A stretch of DNA of 64,000 bases. It comes from Chiloscyllium plagiosum. Its lineage: Eukaryota. The stretch lies in the NCBI RefSeq assembly GCF_004010195.1, contig NC_057718.1, forward strand, positions 13,911,001-13,975,000, read 5' to 3'. The notes beneath the pieces are model-generated. The model saw nothing but the letters and a program-made list of their open reading frames with translations, was not told the DNA's origin and searched no databases. This document shows, one piece after another, positions 25,137-37,692 of the stretch (positions are counted from its first letter, which is position 1; the number at the start of each line of letters is the position of its first letter). Both the position numbers and the translations under genes were made by a program.

Positions 25137-27234
25137 GGACCAGGGGTGTTCTGTCCTTTACACCAGTCCCTCTCCATCAGCACCCATACTCCCTGAGCTA
25201 CACTGGCCCCCAATCCAGCAAAGCTTCAGTTTTAAAAGTCTCATTTTTGTTCTTAAATTCCTCCATGAACTCACTCCTTCTTATCTCCAGCCTCACCAGT
25301 CTCCAGATATATCTGTACCTCTCCAATTCTGATCACTTGCACTTCTCTGATTTTTACTGTTCTACCATTTGTGGCTGTGCCTTCAGTTGCTGAGGCCCTA
25401 AGATAGAGCCATAGAGATGCACAGCATGGAAACAGACCCTTCGGTCCAACATGTCCATGCCGATCAGATATCCCAACCCAATCTAGTCCCACCTGGAATT
25501 CTTTTCCTAATAAACTCCCCAGTTTTCTCTCCATCTCTTCTCGTTTAAAGTGCTTGTTAAGACCTGGTCACTTGTTCTACCGGGTCCTTGTGTACCTCAG
25601 TTTCAATTCATTTTTGGATAATCTGAGTTCCACAAGAGCCCTGATTTGTAGCACCTTGGGATGTCTTATTACATTAACGATTCTATTTAAGTAATTCAAT
25701 TGAATTACTTTGGAATTTGTGAGGACTTTATAAGTCTCTATAAATTGCTTTTTGTATAGTAATCAGAGTTCCATTGCCAATCAATTAACATCATTTTCTC
25801 CTTTATTATACATTATTGGGATTGTTTGAAATTTGACCTTCTTGCATTTCAGTAAGATTTAAGCTGTACCAAGTGACCATATGATAGATTTAGATGGGAG
25901 AAAATGGAGGAGGTTCAAGCAATGACAGACCATTTGGTCTCCTTCTCCTCCTATTTCTTAAGTCTCTGTATATGAACATTAACATGGACTGGTTAAATTG
26001 AATTGCCTATTTCTGTGCTATATCCTAGGTAAATGTGGCAGCATTTCTGCATTATCAAAATGAGGTGTCCAGCTGATCTCTATATGGTGGAGGAAGAAAT
26101 GTCAGATTGAACACTGAACAATTTCCTTTGCCTCTTTGAGTAATGTCACAAAAACCGTAACGTCCATTAGAACAGATGTTCAAAGGATTGTATTTCCAAG
26201 TGTCAGCTGTGAGGCCTTGCAGATTGCTTAGAAAAGATTCCACTGAAAGGAGAAAATAGGTTAAGATCCCAGAGGCAGTTTCTCTTCAAAAGGAATGTGC
26301 AACTGCATCACAAACTCACAATGCAGCAATGTCCTCAGAAGCAGAATTATTCTGAAAGATGAATGTTGCTCACAGCTGTCCCTGTTTGCTATTCTCTTGT
26401 TTTCTGTTGTCTCAGTTGAACTGTGAAATGGTGCATCAGCAATAGGCTTGATCTTACTGCTTGCTGCTTGGCTGTCCTTGGTTATAGCAACAAAAGTTGA
26501 CACCAATGATTTGCACTGGGATTTTTCAATGCAAGTGTAAAATAATCAGGAAATGGGGAGGGATGAGGTTTGATAGCAATGTTACTGTGATGATGTATGT
26601 ATATGGGGAGTGTCCAGTTCTATTTGGACAGAGCAAAAATGTTAACAGAATGGAATGCTGTTGAGGGCCTTGTCAGCATCATTTGAGGAACTGAACTTCA
26701 AACATTCAGCCCTGACACTGAAACCCAGAAGTTCTGCTCTCAAAAATAGCCCCCATCATTTTTGCAGAGGAGGAACTGGAGTGGAATCCAACTTATATCC
26801 AACTTACAACTCACACAGGCTGATGTCCATTTATAACAACAACTGTGTCCAGTCATGCCTGCTTTTCATCAGCCAGGAATGGGAAAAACACAAGGTATGC
26901 AGATTAGACCTGGTAAGAACAGGTCTAAACTTGCAAAGCCCTTTTTAGAGGTGGGATACCCTTTTTGATATGGTCTTTCAAGAAGGCCAGGTGCCTTTTA
27001 GGAGGGCTAAAGTGCTCTTTAGTATTATAAGGGTTGGACATAGAAATGAATGTGTGTAAATTGTGCATAATAATTGGAATTGTCAAATTCATTGGAACTG
27101 TCAAAAGACTGATCAAACTGAACTGTTAAAAGTTGTCAAAAGGAATTGTTAAAAGTAATTGTCAGGTGGTTAAGACATTCAAAACTCCTGCCCTTTAAAT
27201 ATTTGGGCAGGAAACTGTGCTAAATAAAATGCTT

Positions 27235-27361
27235 TCCTGAAGAAGGGCTTATGCCTGAAACGTCGATTCTCCTGTTCCTTTGATGCTGACTGACCTGCTG
27301 CGCTTTTCCAGCAACACATTTTTAAGCTCTGATCTCCAGCATCTGCAGTCCTCACTTTCTC
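27235..27361 (+). mobile_element. Solo Penelope-type terminal repeat carrying a minimal hammerhead core
   Basis: 15-bp TSD CTAAATAAAATGCTT (27220-27234 and 27362-27376); CTGAAGA-AGGGC-TTAT-GCCT-GAAACGTC at 27237-27264; matches the 3' end of the element at 38120-38207. Confidence 0.85.
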
Positions 27362-29119
27362 CTAAATAAAATGCTTGTCATTTCATTCTGCCTGCTGACA
27401 GAAACTGGAAGTTTGTCAGTACTGGATTAGTGCCTCATGACTGATTTCACAACTTTTCACTGTGATGGGTTGGTACCAGCAATTTCACAGGTCTAATTGA
27501 TAGCTTGAAATAGATATGAACGCTACATTTTGGGACTATGATTTCAAATGTTTGTTTTTAATAAGACGTTAAACATTTGAATTAATTAGTTGAATAAATG
27601 TACTAAGTAGGTTTTTATGAATGAGTATTTTTAGTTTTTTTAAAAGTCTGCAATAAACACTTAGAACTTCATCTTATTTCATCTCAGCATGGGTATGCTT
27701 ATGGTGAATATTGGATGAGTTGGTATGGAGGCTGTCAAGACAAAGGTGCTGGATAGGAGAGATTGGTTGTCATGAGTTATCCCTAACTTAGAAAACAGGC
27801 CATAAAGGTGGCATAGAGAGGCCTGGGGGAAGTTGGGATGCATAGTTTATCATGGGTTTACATGGATGGGTCACAGGGAATGAGTGGAAGGTGAGAATTG
27901 AGAGTGGGATCATGGCCAATTGTTTCTTCTCGTATGTTGGAAACCATGCAGGGACAAAGAGCAAACACATTTTTCTGTTGACAGGAAAAGGGAAGATTAA
28001 CTCAACTCTTATGTGTCAATACTCATGGTACCATTGGTGGGAAACGGAGCAAATCAAATTAAGGATTTTAGATGTTCCTGGGGAATGTAATGGGAATGAT
28101 TTTCCCCACAGCCTTAAAGAAACTCAGTGTCAGAATAATTGCAAGTCAGCCCTGTGTGGGGAAACAGTTTCTCAATTGTGATTTTGCTCAAACTGACCGC
28201 TCAATGACTGGACAGCAAGTTTGAAGGGTGGATGAACTCTCGATGCTAAACAGCCAAAAAATTCTCATTTCCAACCACTTGAAATTTAAAATAAAAGGGC
28301 CTTGCAGCCAAGCCTCCAATGTGTAGGGAGAAAGAGCTGTCTGTGGTTGCTGATGAACACAGACAGACGAAGACAGCAACTAAGTCTGCCTGGAGCACTA
28401 ATTGGAAACCAGTATGCCAGAGACCGAAATGTCTCCTGTCACGTTTAAGGATCTGGAAGGGGACTTGAAAGCCTACTTGAAGTTTCCAACAACAGACTTT
28501 AATAGGGCTCTAACCAGGTAATTTGGGAAACCTACTATTTTTAGGCAGGAAACCCTGCCTACCACCTGTCCAACGCAACTGGGAAAACATTCCAAGGCAG
28601 AATGCAGCCAGAAGATCAGTTGGTCAGCCAGTCAGCCAGAGGTACTATTTTTCACAGATGTCCATCTACGTATTCATCCCCTCAAAAGGTCAAAATTCTG
28701 CTCTGTATGGTGCTTTTTTATTTTGTTTTTGCAAATTCTTGCTAGCTCAGAAGCAGCAGTGTGCACCATCTACGAGGTCCACTGCAGAAATTCACCAAGA
28801 CAGCATTTTCCAAACCATTTAGAAGGATAAAGGCTGCAGATATATGGGAACACCACCATGTGCAAGTTCCCCTCCAAGCCACTCAGCATCCTGACTTCAA
28901 AGAATATCGCTGTTCCTTCAGTGTTGCTGGGTCAGAATCCTCCCTCATGGTATAGTGGTTGGGCTGCAATGGTTTTTCTTGTGGGCAACTAGGCATTGGT
29001 AATAAATGCTGACCCAACCAGTGATACTCACATCCTATCAATGAACTCAAACCAATTGAAGAGCCCAATATAGTCTAAATATTGGGGATTGAAGAAGCAG
29101 TTAAATTTGTGTGCTCTTT

Positions 29120-31690
29120 TAATCCATTAACAGGATATAGACATTGCTAGCTAGCCCAGACCTTATTGTCAATCTCTAATTGCCCTGGAGAAGTTGTGGT
29201 GAGCTGTCTTCTTAAACTGCTGCAGTCCTCTCAGCATGGGTATGCACATACTGCTGTTAGGAAGAGAATTCTAGGATACTGGTGCAATGACAATGAAGGA
29301 ACAGTGATATAGTTATTAGACATGGCATGCTTTGGAGGGAAGTTCACAAATAGTTGTGTTTGTATCCATCTGTTGCCTTTGATCTTCTCAGTTGCAGAGG
29401 CCTACATTGTCTCTGATTTCTTCAGCTGCTATGTTGACCTCTGAAGTCCATGCAAGGCAGCAGCTGGAAAAATCCGAAGTCAATGTGTCAGTAGCTGATT
29501 ACTGTGAATGGACCGTTGGTACAGTTTTGCGGCCATGCCACTTAGAGGGTTTGTTGGTAGGAGAGGCTGCAGGCTTGGAAACTGCTGCTAAAGAAGCGTT
29601 AGTGAGTTACTGCAGTGCATTGTGTAGCTAATACACACTGCTGCTACTGTGCATTGATGTAGAAGGAATCAATGTACAAGGTAGTGGACAGGGTGCCAGT
29701 CAAGTGGACTACTTTGTCTGGTAGTATCTGGCTGTTTGAGTGTTTTTGAAACTGCACCCATCCAGGCAAGTGGAGAGCAAACCATTAATCTCTTAACCTT
29801 TTGTGGTGCAATGTTAGCGTCCCAACCCTTGAACCAAGAGAACCAGGTTGAAGTCCCACCTGCTCCAGAGTTGTGTAATGACATTTCTGAACAGGTTGAT
29901 TAGGGGGGGGGGTGGAAAAAACCCTGATTTGTAGATTGTTTGGATTAGACGTTTGGAAGACAGAAGGTGAGTTTCTTACAACAGAATTCCTAATCCCTAA
30001 CCTACTTTTGTAGCCACAGTATTTATGCTGCTGGTCCAGTCCAGTTTCTGGGCAACTGTAACCTCCAGGACTTTTGATAGTCGGAAGAAAATGCCATTGA
30101 ATGTCTAGGGGTGATAGTTAGATTTTCTGTAGTTGGAGAAATTCATTGCCTGGCACTTGCAAATGTTACTTGCTACTTATCAGCCCAAGCCTGGATGCTG
30201 TCCAAGTCTTGCTTCATTTAGATGCAGACTGCTTCAATATCTGAAGAGTTGCAAATAATGCTGTATATTATGCAATCATCAGTAAACTATCCCACTTATG
30301 ACCGTATGAATAAAAGGAAGGTCATTGATGAAACAACTGAAGCTGACAAATTCCTACAGCAATATCCTGGAACTGAGATAGCTGCTCTCCAACAACCAAA
30401 ATCATCTCCACTTGCGGTAGGTATAACTTCAACCAGTGAGTTTTGAGAAGATTGTAGTTCAGGTTGAGGCTCTGGATGTAGGTTTGCTTGCTGAGCTGGA
30501 AGGTTCATTTTAAGATGTTTCGTCACCATACTACATAACATCTTCAGTGAGCCTCCGAACAGAACATTGCTGACTATTCCTGCTTTCTGCTTAAATGCTT
30601 GGGTTTCTTTGGTTTGGTGATGTCATTTCTTGTGGTGATATCATTTTCTGTTCTTTTTCTTGGGGGTGGTAAATTGGGTCTAAGTCAATGTGTTTGTTGA
30701 TAGAGTTCTGGTTGGAATGCCATGCTTCTAGGAATTCTTGTGCGTGGCTCTGTTTGGCTTGTCCTATGATGGATGGGTTGTCCCTGTCAAAGTAGTGTCC
30801 TTCCTGATCTGTATGTAAGGATACTAGTGCGAGAGGTTCATGTCGTTTTTGTGGCTAGTTGATGTTCATGTATCCTGGTGGCTAGTTTTCTGCCTGTTTG
30901 TCCAATGTAGTGTTTGTTACAGTCGTTGCATGGTATTTTGTAAATGACATTAGTTTTGCTTGAGAAAAAATTTTACAGGAAATGACATCACCATAGGAGA
31001 TGACATCACCAAACCAAAGAAATCCAAGCATATAAATAGAAAGCAGGAATCATCAGCAATGCTTCATCCGGAGGCTCACTGAAGATGTTACCTAGTATGG
31101 TGATGAAACATCTGAAAATGAACCTTCCAGCTCAGCAAGCAAACCTATATCCATGACTTCAACCAGTTGAGAGTTTTCCCTCTGATTCTGATTGGCTCCA
31201 ATTTTGTTAGTGTTCTTTCATGCCATACTTAGTGAAATGCTATTTTGATGTCAAGGGCTGTCAATCTCATTTCACCTCTGGAGTTCAGCTCCTTTGGACT
31301 ATGGCTGTTATGAGGTCAGGAGATTAGTGGCTCTGATGGAGTGATGAGTGTCAGTAAGCAGATACTCATCAAATGCTGCTTGATATCACTATCAACAACT
31401 TCTTCCATGATTATAGTGATGATCCAAGATTAGACTGATAGGGTGGAAATTGGCCATTTGGGTTTGTCCTGGGTTTTTGTGTATAGAGAAATGTTAGTGA
31501 TGTAGCTGTATTGGAACATTTTGGTTTGGGGTCATGATTAGCCTGGAGGCCACATCTTCAGTACTTTCACCAGAATGTTATCAGGGCCCAATGCCTTCAC
31601 CCATTTCTTGATACTACATGGAGTGAATCAAATTGGCTGAAGATTGACATCAGTGATCATGGGATCTGAGGAGGAGGCTGCAATGGTGTG
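29120..31690 (-). mobile_element. Old, fragmented CR1/L2-type LINE acting as host for later insertions
   Basis: Reverse complement of the GGCAATTAGGG..AATAAATGCTGG tail, fragments like PLAWMGA..TL; heavily decayed. Confidence 0.55.
30438..31155. mobile_element. Penelope-like insertion with ~180-bp inverted terminal repeats
   Basis: 30473-30651 is the reverse complement of 30975-31154; minus-strand GIY-YIG (HYIGQTGRKLATRIHEHQLA); TSD ACTTCAACCAGT at 30426-30437 and 31156-31167. Confidence 0.88.
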
Positions 31691-32102
31691 CCTATGTGCT
31701 TGTATGCATGGTTTTCCCTGCTGTTTTCTTTTCTGACCTTGCTAACCTGCCTCTCTAAGGACAAGAGGCAGAAGTTTAGCAGCAATGCCAATTATCTTCT
31801 ACATGACCTCAGAACGAGCAGGTTTAGATCTCATCTCAAAGGGAAGATTGAATAGATAGGTCAGATTACCCAATATTATTTTTCTACCTAATCTTTGAAA
31901 GATTGTGAAACAAGTTAAATGCAATAATACATGATGGAAGGATCATTGCAACGAGGTTCCTCTGATCATTCAATTTCTTTTATTGTATTAGAGGATGTGG
32001 GCATCCCTGCAAAACAAATATTTCTTGCCAATCCCTAATTGCCCTTGAGAAGGCAAACAAACTGAGCAACCTCAACAGATGTTTCTTGCTTTAAAAAAAA
32101 AG

Positions 32103-32420
32103 TGGGCAGCACGGTGGTACAGTGGTTAGCACTGCTGCCTCACAGTGCCAGAGACCTGGGTTCGATTCCCGCCTCAGGTGACTGTCTGTGTGGAGTTTGC
32201 ACATTCTCCCCGTGTCTGTGTGGGTTTCCTCCAGGTGCTCCGGTTTCCTCTCAGTCCAAAAATGTGCAGGTTAGGTGAATTGGCCATGCTAAATTGCCCA
32301 TAGTGTTAGGTGAATGGGTAAATGTAGGGGAATGGGTCTAGGTGGGTTGCGCTTCGGCGGGTCATTGTGGACTTGCTGGGCCGACGGGCCTGTTTCCACA
32401 CTGTAAGTAATCTAATCTAA
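32103..32420 (+). mobile_element. HE1-like SINE, near full length
   Basis: GGCAGCACGGTGGTACAGTGGTTAGC..GGTTCGATTCC (A and B boxes); (TCTAA)n tail. Confidence 0.9.
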
Positions 32421-33074
32421 AAAGGCGGTGGTGAGCAAATGGTGAAATGTGACACTCAGCCAGACTCGCATGACTCTCCCAACCCATGATGAGTTAACTG
32501 ATCAACCTTGGAGCTGTGTACCAGCATGAGCAGAAGATCATTTTCTGATGAACTCTGCATAAAATGAATCAAATCAATAGAAATCTCAAGGGCACAGCCC
32601 AACAAGGAAGGGAGATGGGTGTTGGCTCCACCTGGTACAGACATCAGTGCTGCTTCAGGCTGTATAGAACATCACCCAGCTACACCATTCCCCTCCCAAC
32701 AAAGCATCTCAGCTGCTACTATACCACATCAGTATACACAACTGATCTGACAGGTTCACTAATTCCATAAAAGCAGACAGCACAACTGCACCAATATTTA
32801 AAACAGTGGAAGATCTTTGTTTAAAAAAAAAGACACTCAAAAATGATTATGAATCACAGCCAAATAATAATCAGAAGGAAATTTGAAGATAAGCACAGGC
32901 TATCCCTTCACTAACAGTTTCACTTAGAACTGATGGTTAATGTTAGTGGGCAAAGCAGATATTACAGAACAGGCAACAAAGAATTAACCTTTAAACATTA
33001 TCAATTAAAACACCTGCATTCATGTCTGGCAGCAAAAACAAAAATTGGCTGTAAATGTAACAGCAATTACTTAC

Positions 33075-33170
33075 CCAGAACAAGAAACTGAAGAAAAATA
33101 GATAGTACTTAATCCAGGGATTAATAAATGTGATATTTGCACCTCTGTTCAACCTTCTTCCAAGATCCAT
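33075..33170 (-). CDS. TSPAN33-like: Tetraspanin (TspanC8, TSPAN33-like) coding exon 1: MDLGRRLNRGANITFINPWIKYYLFFFSFLFW
   Basis: ATG at 33170-33168; 96 nt ending TGG|gtaagt; TM1 motif KYxLFFFxxLFW. A polypyrimidine tract and AG acceptor lie 16 nt upstream of the ATG (exon start 33186). Confidence 0.92.
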
Positions 33171-34552
33171 TGTGGAAATACAACAGCTGTTAAAAGAAAA
33201 ATATCAGACAGGAAAATAGAAGAGATTCCGCCAAATGATAAGCTATAAAGAAAATGTCAGCAGACTTCTGGCTTAACGTTCTTATGCAGTGTGTGTGTGT
33301 CTGTACGTGAATGAGCCTGCCTGTTACTGAACACTGCAACTCATTCTGTGCCTCCAGTTGGCTCTGTACCATAAATAGACACACTCTTATCATCCGAATG
33401 CATGCAGCTCAGACACAACACAAGCGGGAATACTGATTCAGCATCAGATGGGACACATTTGGCACAGGATCAGCTGCGGTAGTTTTTTAAAAAATCTATT
33501 TAATAACAACTCAACGGTTTTACATAGAGCTGCGTCCCTGACCTACTCTTTTGTTCTGGCCTTCAGAGTAAGGTTTTAGTGTCCTTCTTTGTCATATTCA
33601 GAAATGTATTTCATTAAGCATCATTTCATGTGATAGTCTTGTGAATATATTCTCACACATTTTATATATATATATAAACAAATTTCATGGTACAGAATTT
33701 AAGCTGTATATTTTATATGTAGACAAGCACTTTAAGCAATTATTAAATACTGTGATATTATGTTCCTCACAGTTTTTGAGCATAAGTTGAAATGTTGCGA
33801 ATTTGCTAGTTTTCAGCAATTTGCATTGCTTGCAAATTATAGCATCACGACATGGCTTGTGATGTTTTTACTGAATATTATAGTTCAAGGTGCAAACAGG
33901 CGCAGTACTTTTACAAATGCATATTCCCATATCAGAACCTAAAAGCTTCTGTTCGGGTTTCCCCCACTTTGCATCTTTGCACTTGAGGAGTTTCAGCTGC
34001 TCTTATTTGCTTGCAAGTAGCATAACATGCATTGTTGCAGTGCTGCAGATATAAGGATGCACTAACATAAAATATATTCAATATAAGCATCATTAACTTG
34101 TGCTTTCCATTATATTTAATGCATTGTGGTTATTTTTAGGCTTTCCAGTTTTTTGTATTATAGGTTCAGGGTCTTGGGTTTACTGCTTTTACAATTTTAA
34201 GTAGGCTGACTGGGCAGCAATCTGATATGCGAACATTTTTTCACCCCTTCTCAGCAAAGATTATTAGGCCACAGAAGCAAGAACTTACAGCTTCTATTCT
34301 ATTTCAGTGTGTATTAGTTTATCTCAGGAGGCAAGCCTAAGGAAGTAAATGCAATGCAAGTAGCCTCAGCACTCCTCAGTTAGAGTGGAGAATTAATCAA
34401 TAGTAATTACTCCTCATTGCTAGTTGTGCTGCAAACCTTGCGTGGGTGGTTTTCAGGTGAGGATAGACTGGACTTGATATGCCATATCATATATTTTTGA
34501 GTAATTTACTGTCACTGAGGCCTCAATGTTACACTACACTCCTCCTCACACC

Positions 34553-34842
34553 ATTCTTGATTGGGGCTATTAATCTGGGCCAATCAGGGAGCCTTGGCTA
34601 ATGGATATAAACAAGAGATTCACCTGCACACACATGACATGGGTGCTGGGGGGACAAAAAGACAGGAGTGTCAGAGGCTCTGTTTACTCTGAGAGAAAAA
34701 AGAAACAAAATATAAACAGGAGATTCAGAAGTTCTCCTCAGTCCAGAGATTGTCTTTGAGCTGGTTGGTCATAATCCATGTACAGTGCACATGTAACTAA
34801 AGAATGACTTGGTGATGGGATACCAGCCTCTGTGCAGTTAAT
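34553..34842 (+). mobile_element. Second copy of the 7886-8419 LTR-like family, also interrupted at its TATA box (insert ~34623-34710)
   Basis: TTGATTGGGGCTATTAATCTGGGCCAATCAGGGAG...GGGATACCAGCCTCTGTG; duplicated TATAAACARGAGATTCA flanks the insert. Confidence 0.72.
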
Positions 34843-35339
34843 CTAATTATCATATCGGAACTCAGCACAACAGAGAACAATGTGAAAGAAAGATGGAAGT
34901 TGACAGCTCTGTAAGCTAAGTGCTTTTTCTGGCACTCCTGTGGGCTGGAGTCTATAGCCAAGGAAGTCTACAGTCTCCCTTATCCCTTATCTTCCCCAGA
35001 AATACCAGGGCTTAAGTGTCTCAGGACAACCATGAAGAACAATCACTGGGCAAAAACAAAGATTGGAGGATACCTGCCACTCACTGAATGTAGCTCAATA
35101 TGTGGCCAACGTCTTCTAGAAAGGAGTGAGGAAAAGAGAAAAGAAAACAAATGAATACGTCAATCTAATAACAGATGTTTCTGGTATTTACATAGTTTAC
35201 ATTTGCAACAGTTTCATGACTGGAGGGATGTGGACCAGGAACAGGCAGGTGGGACTAGTTTAGTTTAGGATTATGTTCGGCATGGACTGGTTGGACCGAA
35301 GGGTTTCTTTCTGTGCTGTATGACTCTATGACATCAGAT

Positions 35340-36215
35340 AACTTTGGCAAATGGAGTTAAGGAGAATCGAACGAGATTCTATAAATACATCAAGAGCAAA
35401 GCATTAAGTAGGGGGAGAATAGGGCCCCATAAAAGTCAATGTGGCAGTTTATCAGTGAAACCACAGGAGGTAGGTTAGATATTAAACCAATATTTTGGGT
35501 CAGTATTTACTATGGAGACATACATAGAAGCCGGGAACTTGGGGGAAATACATATTGATGTCTTTCAAAGATTACACACTGATGTCTTTCAAAGATTTTG
35601 TATTATCAAAGAGGAGATGCAGGCGGTCTTAATAATGAATAAATTCCCAGGAACTGATCAAGTGCTTATCAGAACCTTGTGGGAAGTTAGGAAAGAGATT
35701 GTTGGGTCCCTTGCTGAGATATTTGTATCATCGATAGCCATGGGTGAGGTGCCAGATGACTGGAGGTTGGCTAATGTGGTGCCATTATTGAAGAAAAGTG
35801 GTAAGGAAGAGCTAAGAACTATAGACTGGTGAGTCTTACATCAATGGTGGGTAAGTTGTTGGAGGGGACTCGAAGCGATAGAATTTACATGCATTTAGAA
35901 AGGCAAAGACTGATTCAGGATAGTCATCTTGGGCTTTGTGAGTAGGAAATTCTCACTAATTTGATTGAGTTTTTTGAAGAGGTGACAAAAAAGATTGATG
36001 AAGGCAGAGCAGTCAACATTGTCTATATGGACTTCAGCAAAGCACTCAGCAAGGTTTATCATGGTAGACTGGTTAGTAAGGTTAGATCACATGGGATCCA
36101 GGGGGGCTAGCCAATTGAATACAAAATTGGCTTGAATTAAAAGACTGAGGGCTGTGATGGAGGGTTATTTTTCAGACCAAAGGCCTGTTATAGTGGTCTG
36201 TCACAAGGATCAGTA
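35340..36215 (+). mobile_element. Decayed CR1 ORF2 internal fragment
   Basis: VPDDWRLANVVPLLKK; YMDFSKA. Confidence 0.85.
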
Positions 36216-37217
36216 ACTCAACCTCCTGACTTTCTAAAGTCTGTCTACCATTAATTTAAGGCACAAGTTAGGATTGTGTTGGAATACTCCCGACTTGCCT
36301 GGATGAGTCCAGCTCAAACAACACTCAAGACGCTTAATGCCATCCATGGCAAAGTAGCCTATTTGACTGGCATCACATCCACAAACAATGGCCTCTGCCA
36401 AGTCAATACGTTTATAACCAGATCCACCAGACAAGACATATCATTTGTGTATCTGACACCAGACTCCTGGACTAACTCCTTTATTTGGAACTTGGTTGCA
36501 GTAGCAAGTTCCCAGGAGGAAACCAGAAATGTTTTAGAGATGTCCAACGTATCCCTGAAAATGTCAAAATGTTACCTTCTCACATGTGGGAGTCCTTGGT
36601 TTGTGATTGACCAAAATGGAGAAAGTTTAATCAGGAAGGCATTGAAAACATGAAGAGATTTTGTCGAGAACTTGCAATGGTCAAAGAATCAGAAAGCACA
36701 AATCTCCCAATACCACATTTATCCCACCCTCTAAGACTCACCTGTACTGTATGAGACAAATTCTGCAGATCACTCATTGCACTTAACTAAGCTACCTCCA
36801 AACCCATCAAAATGCAGTGTGAGCAAATCATCATTGACCATGAGAGACCTCCTACCAAGAGGGAAGACTCTCTTTGCTGTTGCATAGAACTGGGATGCTA
36901 AAATTACTTGTGGCTTCTACGGGAAAAAAGCAAATTTATATTGTATTGCTTTGTGATCATAGAATGGTCAATTCCCAGACACAAATAATGGGGGAAAAAA
37001 GCCCACTTTTCATTGACATGCAATTACCAGCATTACTTCCAGGAGGAAGGGTCTTGCACTGGAACCAACAAACATATTGGGATTTTAGTTCACTGAGGTA
37101 GGAATAACATGAAGACATTCACAGTTTAATTTCCATTTCCAATGCTGGATGACATTCCTTTGAAGAAACCACAACAGAAACAGAACTTACTTCTTGTGCC
37201 CTTAACGATAACATCTG

Positions 37218-37545
37218 GAGAGGCAATGGCTTAATGGTATTTTCTCTGGTCTATTAAATCAGAGACCCAGACAATGTCCTGGGGACTTGGGTTCGAATGC
37301 TACCATGGCAGATGGGGAAATTTGAATTCAGTAAAACAAAGTGGAATTAAGAGTCTAATGATGATCATGAAACCATTATTGATTATTGGGAAAACCCACC
37401 TGATTCGCTCATGGCCTCATCAGGTCTAGCCTACATGTGACTCCAGACCCACAGCAATGTGGTTGACTTTTAACTGATCTCTAGGCAATTAGGGTTGGGT
37501 AATAAATGCGAGCATTGTCAGCAACACCTGCATCCTGTGAATGAA
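37218..37545 (+). mobile_element. SacSINE1-like (Deu-domain) SINE
   Basis: tRNA-like head (GGTTCGAATGC), GGCCTACATGTGACTCCAGACCCACAGCAATGTGGTTGAC-like core, GGCAATTAGGG..AATAAATG tail. Family name is from memory. Confidence 0.65.
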
Positions 37546-37692
37546 CAAAAAATATTTATATAGCACCATTAAGATATCAAACATCCCAAGATTCTTTACA
37601 CTACTACACTCAGACATGATTTGACACAAAAATGTAGCATGCAGGTATAACATGGAATGTTGTGGTTTATTGTAAGGGGCATGAAATACAAA

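Noticed and set aside
32103..32180. tRNA-like sequence with A and B boxes
   Set aside because: It is the head of an HE1-like SINE present five times in the window, not a tRNA gene.
33495..33506. MEF2-like CTATTTAATA near tetraspanin exon 1
   Set aside because: Does not fit YTAWWWWTAR exactly and sits in AT-rich background.
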